A stretch of 64,000 nt of DNA from a virus (Duplodnaviria > Caudoviricetes): positions 1 to 64,000 of IMG/VR virus record IMGVR_UViG_3300012952_002053. One strand, written 5' to 3'. The position numbers were made by a program, and so were the translations under genes. Each line of letters starts with the position of its first letter. Positions within the stretch are counted from its first letter, which is position 1. The notes beneath the pieces are model-generated. The model made no database searches. It was not told where the DNA came from and was given only the letters and a program-made list of their open reading frames with translations. This document shows, piece by piece, positions 1-9,022 of this stretch.

Positions 1-2
1 CA

Positions 3-191
3 AATGGTGCTGTTAATTGGAACTATGTGGATGCTGATGTGTATATGGCAGTAGGTCCTAGGACACATGGGTGTGAGAACACACCAGCAGAGCTCAGTAT
101 GATTAACACACACTATGCACTATTTGATGTGCTGGCTAATGCTTATGAGCAGGCTAACGGTGTACAGGAGCAACTGCCCACACTAGTATAA
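3..191 (+). CDS. 3' end of a hypothetical phage protein (5'-truncated by the window; not in ORF track)
   Basis: Open frame from nt 3: NGAVNWNYVDADVYMAVGPRTHGCENTPAELSMINTHYALFDVLANAYEQANGVQEQLPTLV, stop TAA at 189-191. The NWNxVDAD motif resembles small hypothetical proteins of marine phages. Confidence 0.6.
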   Translation, partial: NGAVNWNYVDADVYMAVGPRTHGCENTPAELSMINTHYALFDVLANAYEQANGVQEQLPTLV

Positions 192-193
192 CG

Positions 194-238
194 TTCTGGC
201 AAAAAAGAAATTATCAAGAATAATTTTATTTTTCAGAA
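194..238. repeat. AT-rich imperfect inverted repeat, possible terminator or cruciform
   Basis: TTCTG(194-198)/CAGAA(234-238) flank AAATTAT(208-214)/ATAATTT(220-226) with A and T runs. It lies directly after the stop at 191. Confidence 0.35.
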
Positions 239-517
239 TTCGGTGGGGGTACCGGCTTACAGCCTGTAAAGGTTGACTTTTGGATTTTGGGCATCGGTGG
301 AAATACCAAAATTATGCACACAACTATGCTCTTCATCGGACCCCCTATAACGAAAAATTTTGCACACAGGTTTTTTGGGATAGCATATAGGCCCTTTAAA
401 TGCCCACATAGTTCACACAGTTAAAGTTCTTACTGTATGCACTATTGCACTCTATTGTAACACTATTACCTCTCTATAGCCCAATACGACTGTTATAGTG
501 GTATTAGCATAAACACA

Positions 518-531
518 TGTTGAATTCAACA
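518..531. promoter_or_regulatory. Perfect 14-bp palindrome TGTTGAATTCAACA, candidate operator
   Basis: Self-complementary sequence about 45 nt upstream of the -35 box at 575. Confidence 0.4.
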
Positions 532-542
532 CTACATATACA

Positions 543-549
543 GTAAATA
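543..549 (+). promoter_or_regulatory. Candidate T4-late-like box GTAAATA
   Basis: GTAAATA-N5-G, the same geometry as the - strand intergenic NTAAATA boxes, upstream of ORF 637. Confidence 0.3.
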
Positions 550-574
550 CTACTGTCAACTAGGATTGCAAAGG

Positions 575-602
575 TTGACTATTTCTGTATATAGTGTATA
601 AT
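575..602 (+). promoter_or_regulatory. sigma70-type promoter
   Basis: TTGACT(575-580), 16-nt spacer, TATAAT(597-602). AGGAGG RBS at 626-631 and ATG at 637. Confidence 0.75.
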
Positions 603-636
603 ATACAGTTCAATATTAAATTCATAGGAGGTTTTT

Positions 637-876
637 ATGAATAGTATAATTGAAACAGTACACTCAGTAGTTGGTGGTTTAACATCAATACTACTAGGTT
701 TACTAGGATTGGGCATAGTTGCTAACATACTGTTTGGAGCAAACATGTTCATAGGAGATGTTATTGGTAACATCACTGGTATCGTTGCTAGTTTAGGCGA
801 GCAAGGATTAGTGGGACTTATCGTGGCAATCATCATTATTCACATTTTGGGTATTGGTGACAAAGCCAAGAAGTAA
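637..876 (+). CDS. Small two-helix membrane protein, hypothetical (79 aa)
   Basis: Strong RBS and promoter. Two Gly-rich hydrophobic segments and a basic C-terminus (KAKK). Confidence 0.8.
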   Translation: MNSIIETVHSVVGGLTSILLGLLGLGIVANILFGANMFIGDVIGNITGIVASLGEQGLVGLIVAIIIIHILGIGDKAKK

Positions 877-891
877 CATTCCGGTTATTGT

Positions 892-995
892 TAATGCGTA
901 TCTTAACGGTACGCATTACCTTAGGTCGTTACGCACCTCTTTACGCATCTTGCGAACGTAACGCATTTTTTTAACTTAACGCAATTTTTACGCAT
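892..995. repeat. Array of T(A/T)ACGCA-type repeats with embedded hairpins
   Basis: ACGCA starts at 911, 931, 943, 961, 979 and 990, with an inverted copy at 895-899. Stems: TAATGCGTA(892-900)/TACGCATTA(910-918) and CGTTACG(927-933)/CGTAACG(957-963), the latter followed by a T run. Confidence 0.8.
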
Positions 996-1350
996 GACCA
1001 AAGCAACATACAACGAACAAACTAACAGATACGAAGTTGGAGAACAACTGACCAGCAACTGTATCAGCCATCAAGAGATAGCAAGAGTATTACATTCAGA
1101 CCACAGCGAATACAAAATGGGTACACTGGTATATGGTACCTATGAAGAAATAGAACAGTGGTGTGATAAAAACGACATGTTTGTGGACAAGTATCTGGAC
1201 CATGTTAATCCCAGTACCATATACAATACTGCTGAATGGGTAGGCACAGGCATATCAGATCCATTTAGTGTGAGTGTTCCATTTGATTATAGAAAGAACA
1301 GAGCAATGGGCACATTCAATACCAGAGGTGTAAACTTGGATAAATGGTAG
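994..1350 (+). CDS. Hypothetical protein (118 aa)
   Basis: Open frame with protein-like composition. No SD before the ATG, so the start is uncertain. Confidence 0.6.
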   Translation: MTKATYNEQTNRYEVGEQLTSNCISHQEIARVLHSDHSEYKMGTLVYGTYEEIEQWCDKNDMFVDKYLDHVNPSTIYNTAEWVGTGISDPFSVSVPFDYRKNRAMGTFNTRGVNLDKW

Positions 1351-1351
1351 A

Positions 1352-1849
1352 CTACCAAGTGTGTTGCCAGTGTCTCACAGTATCTTCCCAACTCATATCA
1401 CCATTCACAGTCACATATACTGCTTCTGTGCTACTGTGTACGTTGTTGTAATGAAAGTTATGGTGTGTGCTTAGTATAAAAGTATCACCTGCACTGATAG
1501 TTTTGTAGTGAAACTCATTGTTTCTTGGATCTGTGTAACCCAATTCAGTAGGATTCTCTCCTATGTATATCATCAAACAAGCACGTCTGTCCTTAAATCC
1601 ACTCCAACTGTGCTTGTGACTCTCCCCTCCACCGCTGATACTCTCTATGTTCACAGTGAATCCTGTGCGTAGTCGTAAGTCTTTTATGACCTTCGGCCCA
1701 AAAGCATACACTAGTTCACTGGGTACTGGGTGTACACTACGGTGTATGTTCATGTGATTGGGTGGTAATGGCATGTGTTTGCCACTGTAATCAGTCACAA
1801 CATCACTAATCTGCTTGACTAATCGCTTGCCTAACATGATTGGTGTCAT
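1352..1849 (-). CDS. Cupin / double-stranded beta-helix metal-binding protein
   Basis: HKH motif, beta-rich segments CLMIYIG and GDTFILS, distal His (NFH). ATGA overlap with the upstream gene. Confidence 0.5.
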   Translation of the reverse strand: MTPIMLGKRLVKQISDVVTDYSGKHMPLPPNHMNIHRSVHPVPSELVYAFGPKVIKDLRLRTGFTVNIESISGGGESHKHSWSGFKDRRACLMIYIGENPTELGYTDPRNNEFHYKTISAGDTFILSTHHNFHYNNVHSSTEAVYVTVNGDMSWEDTVRHWQHTW

Positions 1850-2553
1850 TGATAATGCTCCTGTATGGTGTTGTCTTTACATCTCCAAGGCTTATGTCCG
1901 CCTGTGAACACTATAATTTTTACATCTTTGGGTATTTCACTGGCAGTAATATCTGTTTTTAAACTGACCATGTGGTGTAATCCCTTCTGTAATATGGTGT
2001 GTTCATAATTAATTATCCACTCTTTGGGAAAACATTTGCTATTATTGTCCAAATTACTGGTGTATTGTTCGTCACCATGGAAATATTTTCGTTGTATTTG
2101 TGCATAATCTGTTTGATAATGTTCCCATATATAAGTAAAGTCCGAAATTCTATATCTAATTACTGAACTGTTGTACTTGTGTCCTACTGCATTTGCATAG
2201 AAATCACTCACATTGTACAGTTTTACAGGCTCACCTGGCATGTAATCCCACATACAATCCAAGTTATCCACTACCACACAGTCTAAATCTATGTATAAAT
2301 TGTCTCCTGTTACTGGTAATTTCGGATTAAAGGTTTCTATTTTCGCCCACCAACCTTCATGTTGTGGTATATCCTGTATGGCTATCAGTTCTATATCACT
2401 GGGCATACCTTCTGTTTGGTCTGATATACACACAAAATTATCATATTCACAGCCGTGTCTGTCCAACATGTTCTTCATTATGTTCACATGTTCGCTGGTG
2501 TACAGCCTAGTACGTTTAGTTCCACGTTTGCATACTGTGATTATGTTTCTCAT
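1846..2553 (-). CDS. GT-A glycosyltransferase (GT8-like, phage type)
   Basis: TVCKRGT..Y...VN, FVCISD, WWAKIETF, LYIDLDCVV (DxD), YNSSV, GDEQY, IIVFTGGHKPW. Confidence 0.75.
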   Translation of the reverse strand: MRNIITVCKRGTKRTRLYTSEHVNIMKNMLDRHGCEYDNFVCISDQTEGMPSDIELIAIQDIPQHEGWWAKIETFNPKLPVTGDNLYIDLDCVVVDNLDCMWDYMPGEPVKLYNVSDFYANAVGHKYNSSVIRYRISDFTYIWEHYQTDYAQIQRKYFHGDEQYTSNLDNNSKCFPKEWIINYEHTILQKGLHHMVSLKTDITASEIPKDVKIIVFTGGHKPWRCKDNTIQEHYQ

Positions 2554-3266
2554 TTGTGTCCTATCTGCATGAATCTGGTGTATGCTGGTGTAATCATTTC
2601 ACCTACATATATAGTGTCCTTGAGTGGATACATCTGTTGCATGTCTTGTATGCTGTCAACAGGATTGATATGACCTGCAAACTCTTCGCTGTTGTTGGTT
2701 TGCATTATCACAAGTTGGTCTTCATCTATGCTGTCAAACCATAATGTACTCATATGTTCACAACTGGTATTAATAATCCAATCAGGCTTACAGTTAATAA
2801 GTTCTCCGCCTGTTTCAAAATGCATATCACTACAGTCCAACAAGTCAACATCATGTGTAACGCCTTTGTACTTCCATCCGTCTTGCACAAAGTCTCGATT
2901 TAATGTTTCACTCTTCTCTATGCTTTCAGGATCTTTGTCTATGCCATATATTCTTTCTATGGTAAAGTGCTGATGTAAACTGTGTACCATAGTGCCTATC
3001 CAACAACCTAGTATAGCAACTGTGGGGTCTGATAATCCCACAACACCATTTCTCAGAGAAATTTCGAATGCAGGGTCTACCACACTGGTATTCAATTCTT
3101 TTAGTAACCAACTCTTACTGGCTAACTGTCCTTTGCTGAATGCATGTGGTGGATAGTATGTGTTGCGTTGAACTATGTGTTCAAAGTATGTAGGTGCAGG
3201 TTGCCAAAACCCTTTGTCTATGTAATTGCTTACTGCCTTCCAACTGTCTAACTTAATTGTTTCCAT
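2550..3266 (-). CDS. Class I SAM-dependent methyltransferase-like protein
   Basis: AFSKGQLASKSWL, ILGCWIG (motif I), GIDKDP, INTSCEH, RFMQIGHK. Probable start at 3266 after a GGAG SD; the track starts at 3281. Confidence 0.65.
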   Translation of the reverse strand: METIKLDSWKAVSNYIDKGFWQPAPTYFEHIVQRNTYYPPHAFSKGQLASKSWLLKELNTSVVDPAFEISLRNGVVGLSDPTVAILGCWIGTMVHSLHQHFTIERIYGIDKDPESIEKSETLNRDFVQDGWKYKGVTHDVDLLDCSDMHFETGGELINCKPDWIINTSCEHMSTLWFDSIDEDQLVIMQTNNSEEFAGHINPVDSIQDMQQMYPLKDTIYVGEMITPAYTRFMQIGHK

Positions 3267-6200
3267 GTGTTCTCCAACCATTCGTAATCATTAATGTTGT
3301 TTAATACATCTGGTTTGTCTTTGTTTTCCAATGCAAACTCTTTACCCATGTTAGCACCTAACATAGCATCATCACAGTAATCGCAATCTGCTAGTGGGTT
3401 AAGCCATTTGTTTAATCTTCTGTCTGCATCAGGATCTTTACTTAATGCTAGTTTAACAGTTTCTCTGAATGCACTACGCCATGTGCTGTATGCATCTATG
3501 TTAAACTTAGTTGTACAACTTATCTGTGGCATACTTTTAAAACGTGTACTTAATCCTGTTGTGAAGTCCAGTCCCCAACTAGTCGCTTCCCTAACCTGTT
3601 GTGTATTAAACAACTTAACACCACCGTAACCATACTGGTCACCTGTAACAGGATTCTCACTTGCCCATACATGCACAACATCTAAATCATATTGGTCAGG
3701 TATGTAATCAAAATCAAAGTCATCATTTATCAATGCATCAGCATCCATTACCCAAAACATTTTGCTTTTGCATTTCTCAGCACAGGCTTTGTGTGCCTCA
3801 AATATTCCTTCAACACCTCTTATGTGTTGTACATAATGTCCTTTAGTATTAACCAGTTGTATGTTATGTTCAACACTTTTGATATCTTCTTTGTAACTGA
3901 TACAGTATATTTCAAAAGGTTCTATGCTACTTGCAATAGACTTAACATACTGTAAACTGTTTGCTTTAATTTTATTAAAACGTATTTTATCTGATGTTAA
4001 GTCACCCATTGCTGTTTCAGGTGGGTTGGGCCACAATCTAATTCCCCCATAACTATGTACCAACCCTGTTCTCTGATTTGTTCTTTGCCATACATGTGTT
4101 TTGTTTACGTTATCCAAATTAGGTGTGTAAGTAAACTTAAACTCTTTATCCACTATAGTATGTTCGTCTACAGTAAAGAAACATTTTAAATGTTTGCTCT
4201 CTGCATGGCATCCAAACTGTTCTAACTGAAACTTCAATCCCATACTGCCATGTTCTTTTGCTACTACACCTTGCCCAAAGTAGTATATGGGCCATGCTGT
4301 AGGTGTTGTTATTTGTCTGTACACTTGTTTTAAATCTTTAAAACTGTTGTTTACTATTTGTTTTAATGTGTATTGTTTCTTATCAAATGTTCCTTTAGGT
4401 ACTAGTCTTACACTTCTAAAGTCTTCGTTTGTGTCTTGAAACACATGAACAACTTGTTCTTCCCACTTAGTAGGAATAAAATCCCACTGCCAATCACGTG
4501 TAAATGTAACAAAAGGATCAACTATCCAGTACATATTGGTATCACAACCACTGTCAATGTCTGCTAATTGTTGTAATATATCGCCATCTTCTAACAAATA
4601 ATGCACAGGATATTCCTTTTGTGTACCGCCAACAGCACTTAATATCAACTGTTCTGGTATGCTACATGTGGTAACTTGCTCATCTGTTAGTGAATCTATG
4701 TCGTAATTAGTGGGCCAAAGCCTTAATCCACCATGTCCAATTACTAGTCCTTCGCTGTTTGTACGTTGCCAAACGTGTACATTATCTAAAAATTCCTCAT
4801 GTGGTGTAACTTGTTCCACAGTATCTACATCAATATCTGGGTCTACTGTATATACATATTGCACATCTTTGTGCGAATCTAGTATATCTTTTACACCTTT
4901 TACTGTAGTTTCTGTTAATTGTTCTATGGGCCATGTCATATCTTTACTTGCAATAGTGGGCATTTCCTTTAATTTATCGAATGCATTCTGTAATATAGTG
5001 TCATGACTTTCAAATTTAATGCCCGTAGGCACTAGTTTTACACCAGTAACTCTGCTTGTTCCATCGTGTTTCCATACATGTACAACCTCTTTATCGTATT
5101 GAGTAGGGTAATAACTAAAGTCAAAGTCCTCTTCTAGTTGTACTAAACTGTCAACTATCCACATCATTGTGCTGTTAGATTGTGTTGCTAGACGCTCGTA
5201 GACGTCGTCTAAGCCGCACTTGATATCATTTGGCTGTATGTGGTACACTGGAAATTCTCGTTGCTTACAGGCAGGTTCTCGTATGTATTTAGGTCTACCT
5301 TTCTTTTCATGTTTATGACGTAATGCAACACCACCATAATCATATTGCTTGTTAGTTATAGGATTTAGTTTTTGCCATACGTGAGCCTTACCTTCATCGA
5401 ACACATTAGGTTGGAAACTAAAGTCAAATGCATCTAATACATCTACATCTTTATCCACTACCCAGAACCATGGGAACAAACTTTTGTCTTTACCTTCCTC
5501 ATAAGTTGAAAAGACTTCATATTCTATATCCAATACTACAGGACTAAAGTCATGATTCTTTATTTCGTCATTCCAATCTGCTGGCATCCATTTTAATAAT
5601 CCATTAGCAAACACATGACATGTTTGTTTTTCAAATACATTAGGTTGCCAAGGCACTACACTAACTACATCTTTAAATGCTGTAGGCACTATCCAACTGT
5701 CTTCTGTAGGCACTATGTCTGTATCATCTGTAAATACTATAGGATAAACTTTTCCTCCTACAGGTGATTGGTCCACATACTTGGCATCATCGGTATAGGA
5801 TACAGGAACAAGTTTAATACCTCCTGCTCTGTTGTCGCTGATATTCGTAATGGCTCTTGGGTATTTGTGTTCCAAGTCATTTGGAAACTTGAATACCTGT
5901 ATGTATCGTTGGTCATATTGTTGTGGTACATATCTAAACTCCTCGTTAATTTGATGTTCACTGTCTACTAACCAGAACATTTTAGTTCTGCTTTTTCTTG
6001 CAGGTGTTTCATAATCGTTTATATCATCTGCATAGAATATATCATAACGTACAGGACATACATCTTCTTGGTATTTGTGTCTTGTTACATCAAACTCTTT
6101 ATTCATTAATCTAACACCGCCACATCTTATATCCCATGCGTCTGTGTTGTCTAATGGATAACGTTCTTCTAAATGTCCTGGTACTTTAAATACATGTATA

Positions 6201-7198
6201 AATTCTTCTTCGTGCTTTGCAGGCACATACAATAACTTGCCGTTAAATGTATGTTCTCTGTCTACAATCCAAAACCAATTTGTTTTACTACGTTCTGCAT
6301 ACTCGCTGTATGTGTCAGGTGTAAACTCATCACTGTCTATATAGAACACATCATATGCTTCATCTTCTATTGGACATGCTTTGTGTATTTTAATTTGTGC
6401 ATCTTTCCAATCCTTTGGTACAAGTCTTATACCTCCCATTTGCATTGGATATTTTTCTTTTAATTGATATGGCATTTTAAATACATGTATGAAGTTATAT
6501 TCAAATGCATTAGGTACCCAATCAACTGTTTTAACATTAATAGAATAATCTCTGTCTATTAACCAAACATAATCTTCTTCTAGTATATCACGTTGTTGCA
6601 TATCATTTACATCTTCTACATACAGTATAGGATATGTAACATTTGCATCTAAGAACTTGTGATACTTAGTTTCTGCAGATGACCATTCGCGTGGGTATAA
6701 CTTAACTCCCCCTTCAAGTTCTGGATACTTGTGTTCAAGTTGTCCACGCAAATGGAAACTGTGGATATAGTCTGGTTCAAAATTCCCTGGTGCCCAATCT
6801 ATATCATCATTTAGTATGTAGTCTTTATCTACACACCATACGTGAGTTGCATAAGCATTCTGTTCAAAGTAATTCCCTGGTGCTCCTTCAAACAGTATAT
6901 CAAAGTATTTTTTACAAACAACTTTGTTGTGCCATACTGTTTCCTCACTTCCCCCCTTTGGCGTAAGACTTACTCCGCCATAGTTCTCTTGATTCCATTT
7001 CCATACATGCATAAAGTTTTCTGTATGTACGTCTGGTTTAAAATCAAATAGTTCCCAATCAGTAATTTTAGTATTACTGTCCACAAGCCAATACATCTTT
7101 GTATTAGACTTTATATCTTTTGTATCATCAATACGAGTTGCAAAAGGTAATCTATCTTTTAGAGATTCATTATCGCCAATGTAAAATATATCGTACAT
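3248..7198 (-). CDS. 1316-aa protein of 12 tandem glycosyltransferase-like units
   Basis: Unit Y(D/P)(I/V)(F/Y)...(W/Y/F)x(V/I)D...(F/W)xP...HV(W/F)...GG(V/I)xLxP recurs 12 times. The last unit is complete and homologous to 32406-33404. Confidence 0.8.
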   Translation of the reverse strand: MYDIFYIGDNESLKDRLPFATRIDDTKDIKSNTKMYWLVDSNTKITDWELFDFKPDVHTENFMHVWKWNQENYGGVSLTPKGGSEETVWHNKVVCKKYFDILFEGAPGNYFEQNAYATHVWCVDKDYILNDDIDWAPGNFEPDYIHSFHLRGQLEHKYPELEGGVKLYPREWSSAETKYHKFLDANVTYPILYVEDVNDMQQRDILEEDYVWLIDRDYSINVKTVDWVPNAFEYNFIHVFKMPYQLKEKYPMQMGGIRLVPKDWKDAQIKIHKACPIEDEAYDVFYIDSDEFTPDTYSEYAERSKTNWFWIVDREHTFNGKLLYVPAKHEEEFIHVFKVPGHLEERYPLDNTDAWDIRCGGVRLMNKEFDVTRHKYQEDVCPVRYDIFYADDINDYETPARKSRTKMFWLVDSEHQINEEFRYVPQQYDQRYIQVFKFPNDLEHKYPRAITNISDNRAGGIKLVPVSYTDDAKYVDQSPVGGKVYPIVFTDDTDIVPTEDSWIVPTAFKDVVSVVPWQPNVFEKQTCHVFANGLLKWMPADWNDEIKNHDFSPVVLDIEYEVFSTYEEGKDKSLFPWFWVVDKDVDVLDAFDFSFQPNVFDEGKAHVWQKLNPITNKQYDYGGVALRHKHEKKGRPKYIREPACKQREFPVYHIQPNDIKCGLDDVYERLATQSNSTMMWIVDSLVQLEEDFDFSYYPTQYDKEVVHVWKHDGTSRVTGVKLVPTGIKFESHDTILQNAFDKLKEMPTIASKDMTWPIEQLTETTVKGVKDILDSHKDVQYVYTVDPDIDVDTVEQVTPHEEFLDNVHVWQRTNSEGLVIGHGGLRLWPTNYDIDSLTDEQVTTCSIPEQLILSAVGGTQKEYPVHYLLEDGDILQQLADIDSGCDTNMYWIVDPFVTFTRDWQWDFIPTKWEEQVVHVFQDTNEDFRSVRLVPKGTFDKKQYTLKQIVNNSFKDLKQVYRQITTPTAWPIYYFGQGVVAKEHGSMGLKFQLEQFGCHAESKHLKCFFTVDEHTIVDKEFKFTYTPNLDNVNKTHVWQRTNQRTGLVHSYGGIRLWPNPPETAMGDLTSDKIRFNKIKANSLQYVKSIASSIEPFEIYCISYKEDIKSVEHNIQLVNTKGHYVQHIRGVEGIFEAHKACAEKCKSKMFWVMDADALINDDFDFDYIPDQYDLDVVHVWASENPVTGDQYGYGGVKLFNTQQVREATSWGLDFTTGLSTRFKSMPQISCTTKFNIDAYSTWRSAFRETVKLALSKDPDADRRLNKWLNPLADCDYCDDAMLGANMGKEFALENKDKPDVLNNINDYEWLENTWKQLS

Positions 7199-7485
7199 TA
7201 ATATTCTTGCTCTCTAGTGTTAAAGTATTCTGCTAACTCTTCTGGGTCTAGATGTTCTAGACTAGATGTTCTTTCAAGTTCTCTTTCTATACTGGCAAAC
7301 GATAACTGTACATCACTAAACGGACAATCATCTTTATGATGTTTAACATCGTATCTACATATATGACACTTGCCTTTTAATTTCCAAATCATTCTTTCTT
7401 CATCAGACAATGACTCATCATAGAGCCAAGGTTCTTGACTCATTCTGTGATGCTTTACTACTTGTTTATTATTCATCTTGTACAT
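7198..7485 (-). CDS. Small hypothetical protein with a zinc-knuckle-like motif
   Basis: CHICRYDVKHHKDDC (C-x2-C-x5-H-x4-C). Start probably at 7485 or 7476, overlapping the upstream stop. Confidence 0.55.
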   Translation of the reverse strand: MYKMNNKQVVKHHRMSQEPWLYDESLSDEERMIWKLKGKCHICRYDVKHHKDDCPFSDVQLSFASIERELERTSSLEHLDPEELAEYFNTREQEY

Positions 7486-9022
7486 GGACTGGGACCTTAT
7501 AGTGAGTTGCAAACTCTTTTGCTTCTTGTTCTGTATTAACGATAGGCTGTCCTTTAATGTTTAAACTTGTATTAAGAACAACTGGACACCCAGACTCGGC
7601 ATGCCATTGCCTCATAGCATGATATAGTTCTGGATGATTCCTTCTATTAACTGTTTGCACTCTGCTTGTACCATCCCCATGTACTACTGCAGGTATTATA
7701 TCTGGTTGTTTGCATTTAGCCACAAACTGCATGTAAGGACTATCTATAACTCCGCCAGGCATTTCAAACCAGTCGCTGGCGTGTTCTTCTAAAACTATAG
7801 GAGCAAAAGGTCTAAACTTTTGTCTACGTTTTATTTCATTTACTTTATCTTTTATTTCATCACCTCTAGGATCAGCAAACAAACTTCTATTACCCAATGC
7901 TCTAGGTCCATACTCTGCTTTGCCATTAGCAACTCCAAATATTTGTCCTTTACGCATACTCTCTAGAAACTTCTCTTTGGGCCATTCGCCTTTTATGTTG
8001 TAACCTAAGAACGGTCCTTGCCAATTTACTTTCTCACCTGTTTGTTTGTGATAGGCTAAAGCCGCGGCACCTAAGGCACTTCCGGCATCTCCTGGGTTTG
8101 GCATTATGTGAACGTTTTGGTATTGGTCATACAATAAACTGTTAGCGACACAGTTTAATGCACAACCACCCATGAACACTAAGTTCTTGCTCTGTGTATA
8201 TGTCCAAGCCAATCTAGCATAAGCCATAATTCTTTCTTCACACACTTGTTGGGCACTAGCCGCCAAGTCAAACTGTACTTGTTCATCTTGTAATGCTTCT
8301 TCAGTCATAAACTTCTTTGGCAAACCTTTACTCATATTAATTGTGTGTAAACATTCATGCAAGTTATCATCTGCATTTTCATGTTTAAATAGTTCTTTGT
8401 TTATTTTATCTGCATACACAGGATTACCATATGCCGCCATACCCATTAAGATGTATTCATCTTCCATAGGTTTTAAACCTACAGCACTTGTAATAGCACT
8501 ATAGAATAAACCTAAACTGTTAGGATAGTTTGTTTCATGTAGTAACTCCATTTTAGTTTTACCATAGTTGTCGTTACCCCAACGATATATTGTTGATGTT
8601 TGATATTCGCCTATAGCATCTATAGTCATTATTACTGCATCTTTAAAATGCTCAGGTGCTGTCATTATACCAGCCGCCGCATGACTTTCGTGATGTAAGC
8701 AATTAATAATTGGGATACCTTTCAACTGTGGATAAAACTTTTCAATCCATTCTTCAGCAGTTGGCTCTGTGAATGCCGCTTTGATACTTGCCCAAGTGAA
8801 TTGTTTTAGTCTACGTTTGTTTTTTAGTTTACTGCTTTCATGTAAAACAATAATGTCTGGTAATCCATACTTTAATGTGTCCTTCATAAGACGTTGATTT
8901 AAGTATGCATCGTTTTTGACTCTGCTGTATCTTTCTGAATGACCAGCAAATAATATTTCGCCATCTTCTATGACACATGTACTTGCGTCATGAAACATGC
9001 TACTAATTCCTAATATTCTCAT
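7469..9022 (-). CDS. nodU: O-carbamoyltransferase, NodU/CmcH family
   Basis: HDAS, ERYSRVKND, HHESHAA, EYILMGMAAYG, GGCALNC, DAGSALGAA, EYGPRALGNRS, RPFAP, HGDGTSRVQTV, LNTSLN. Confidence 0.95.
   Translation of the reverse strand: MRILGISSMFHDASTCVIEDGEILFAGHSERYSRVKNDAYLNQRLMKDTLKYGLPDIIVLHESSKLKNKRRLKQFTWASIKAAFTEPTAEEWIEKFYPQLKGIPIINCLHHESHAAAGIMTAPEHFKDAVIMTIDAIGEYQTSTIYRWGNDNYGKTKMELLHETNYPNSLGLFYSAITSAVGLKPMEDEYILMGMAAYGNPVYADKINKELFKHENADDNLHECLHTINMSKGLPKKFMTEEALQDEQVQFDLAASAQQVCEERIMAYARLAWTYTQSKNLVFMGGCALNCVANSLLYDQYQNVHIMPNPGDAGSALGAAALAYHKQTGEKVNWQGPFLGYNIKGEWPKEKFLESMRKGQIFGVANGKAEYGPRALGNRSLFADPRGDEIKDKVNEIKRRQKFRPFAPIVLEEHASDWFEMPGGVIDSPYMQFVAKCKQPDIIPAVVHGDGTSRVQTVNRRNHPELYHAMRQWHAESGCPVVLNTSLNIKGQPIVNTEQEAKEFATHYKVPVHVQDE

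Noticed and set aside
531-559. Divergent - strand sigma70 promoter (TTGACA-N17-TGTAGT) pointing into the non-coding gap
   Set aside because: The -35 is perfect but the -10 lacks the critical second-position A. Not supportable without TSS data.
579-836. - strand 85-aa ORF, and the many + strand ORFs opposite long genes (e.g. 27082-27510, 38858-39337, 42430-42948, 51670-52512)
   Set aside because: Antisense shadows of well-supported genes, with no RBS or family motifs.
892-995. Repeat array as a CRISPR array or tRNA
   Set aside because: The repeats are 5-8 nt with 11-20 nt periodicity, there are no spacer-sized unique segments, and no cloverleaf or T-loop motif is present.
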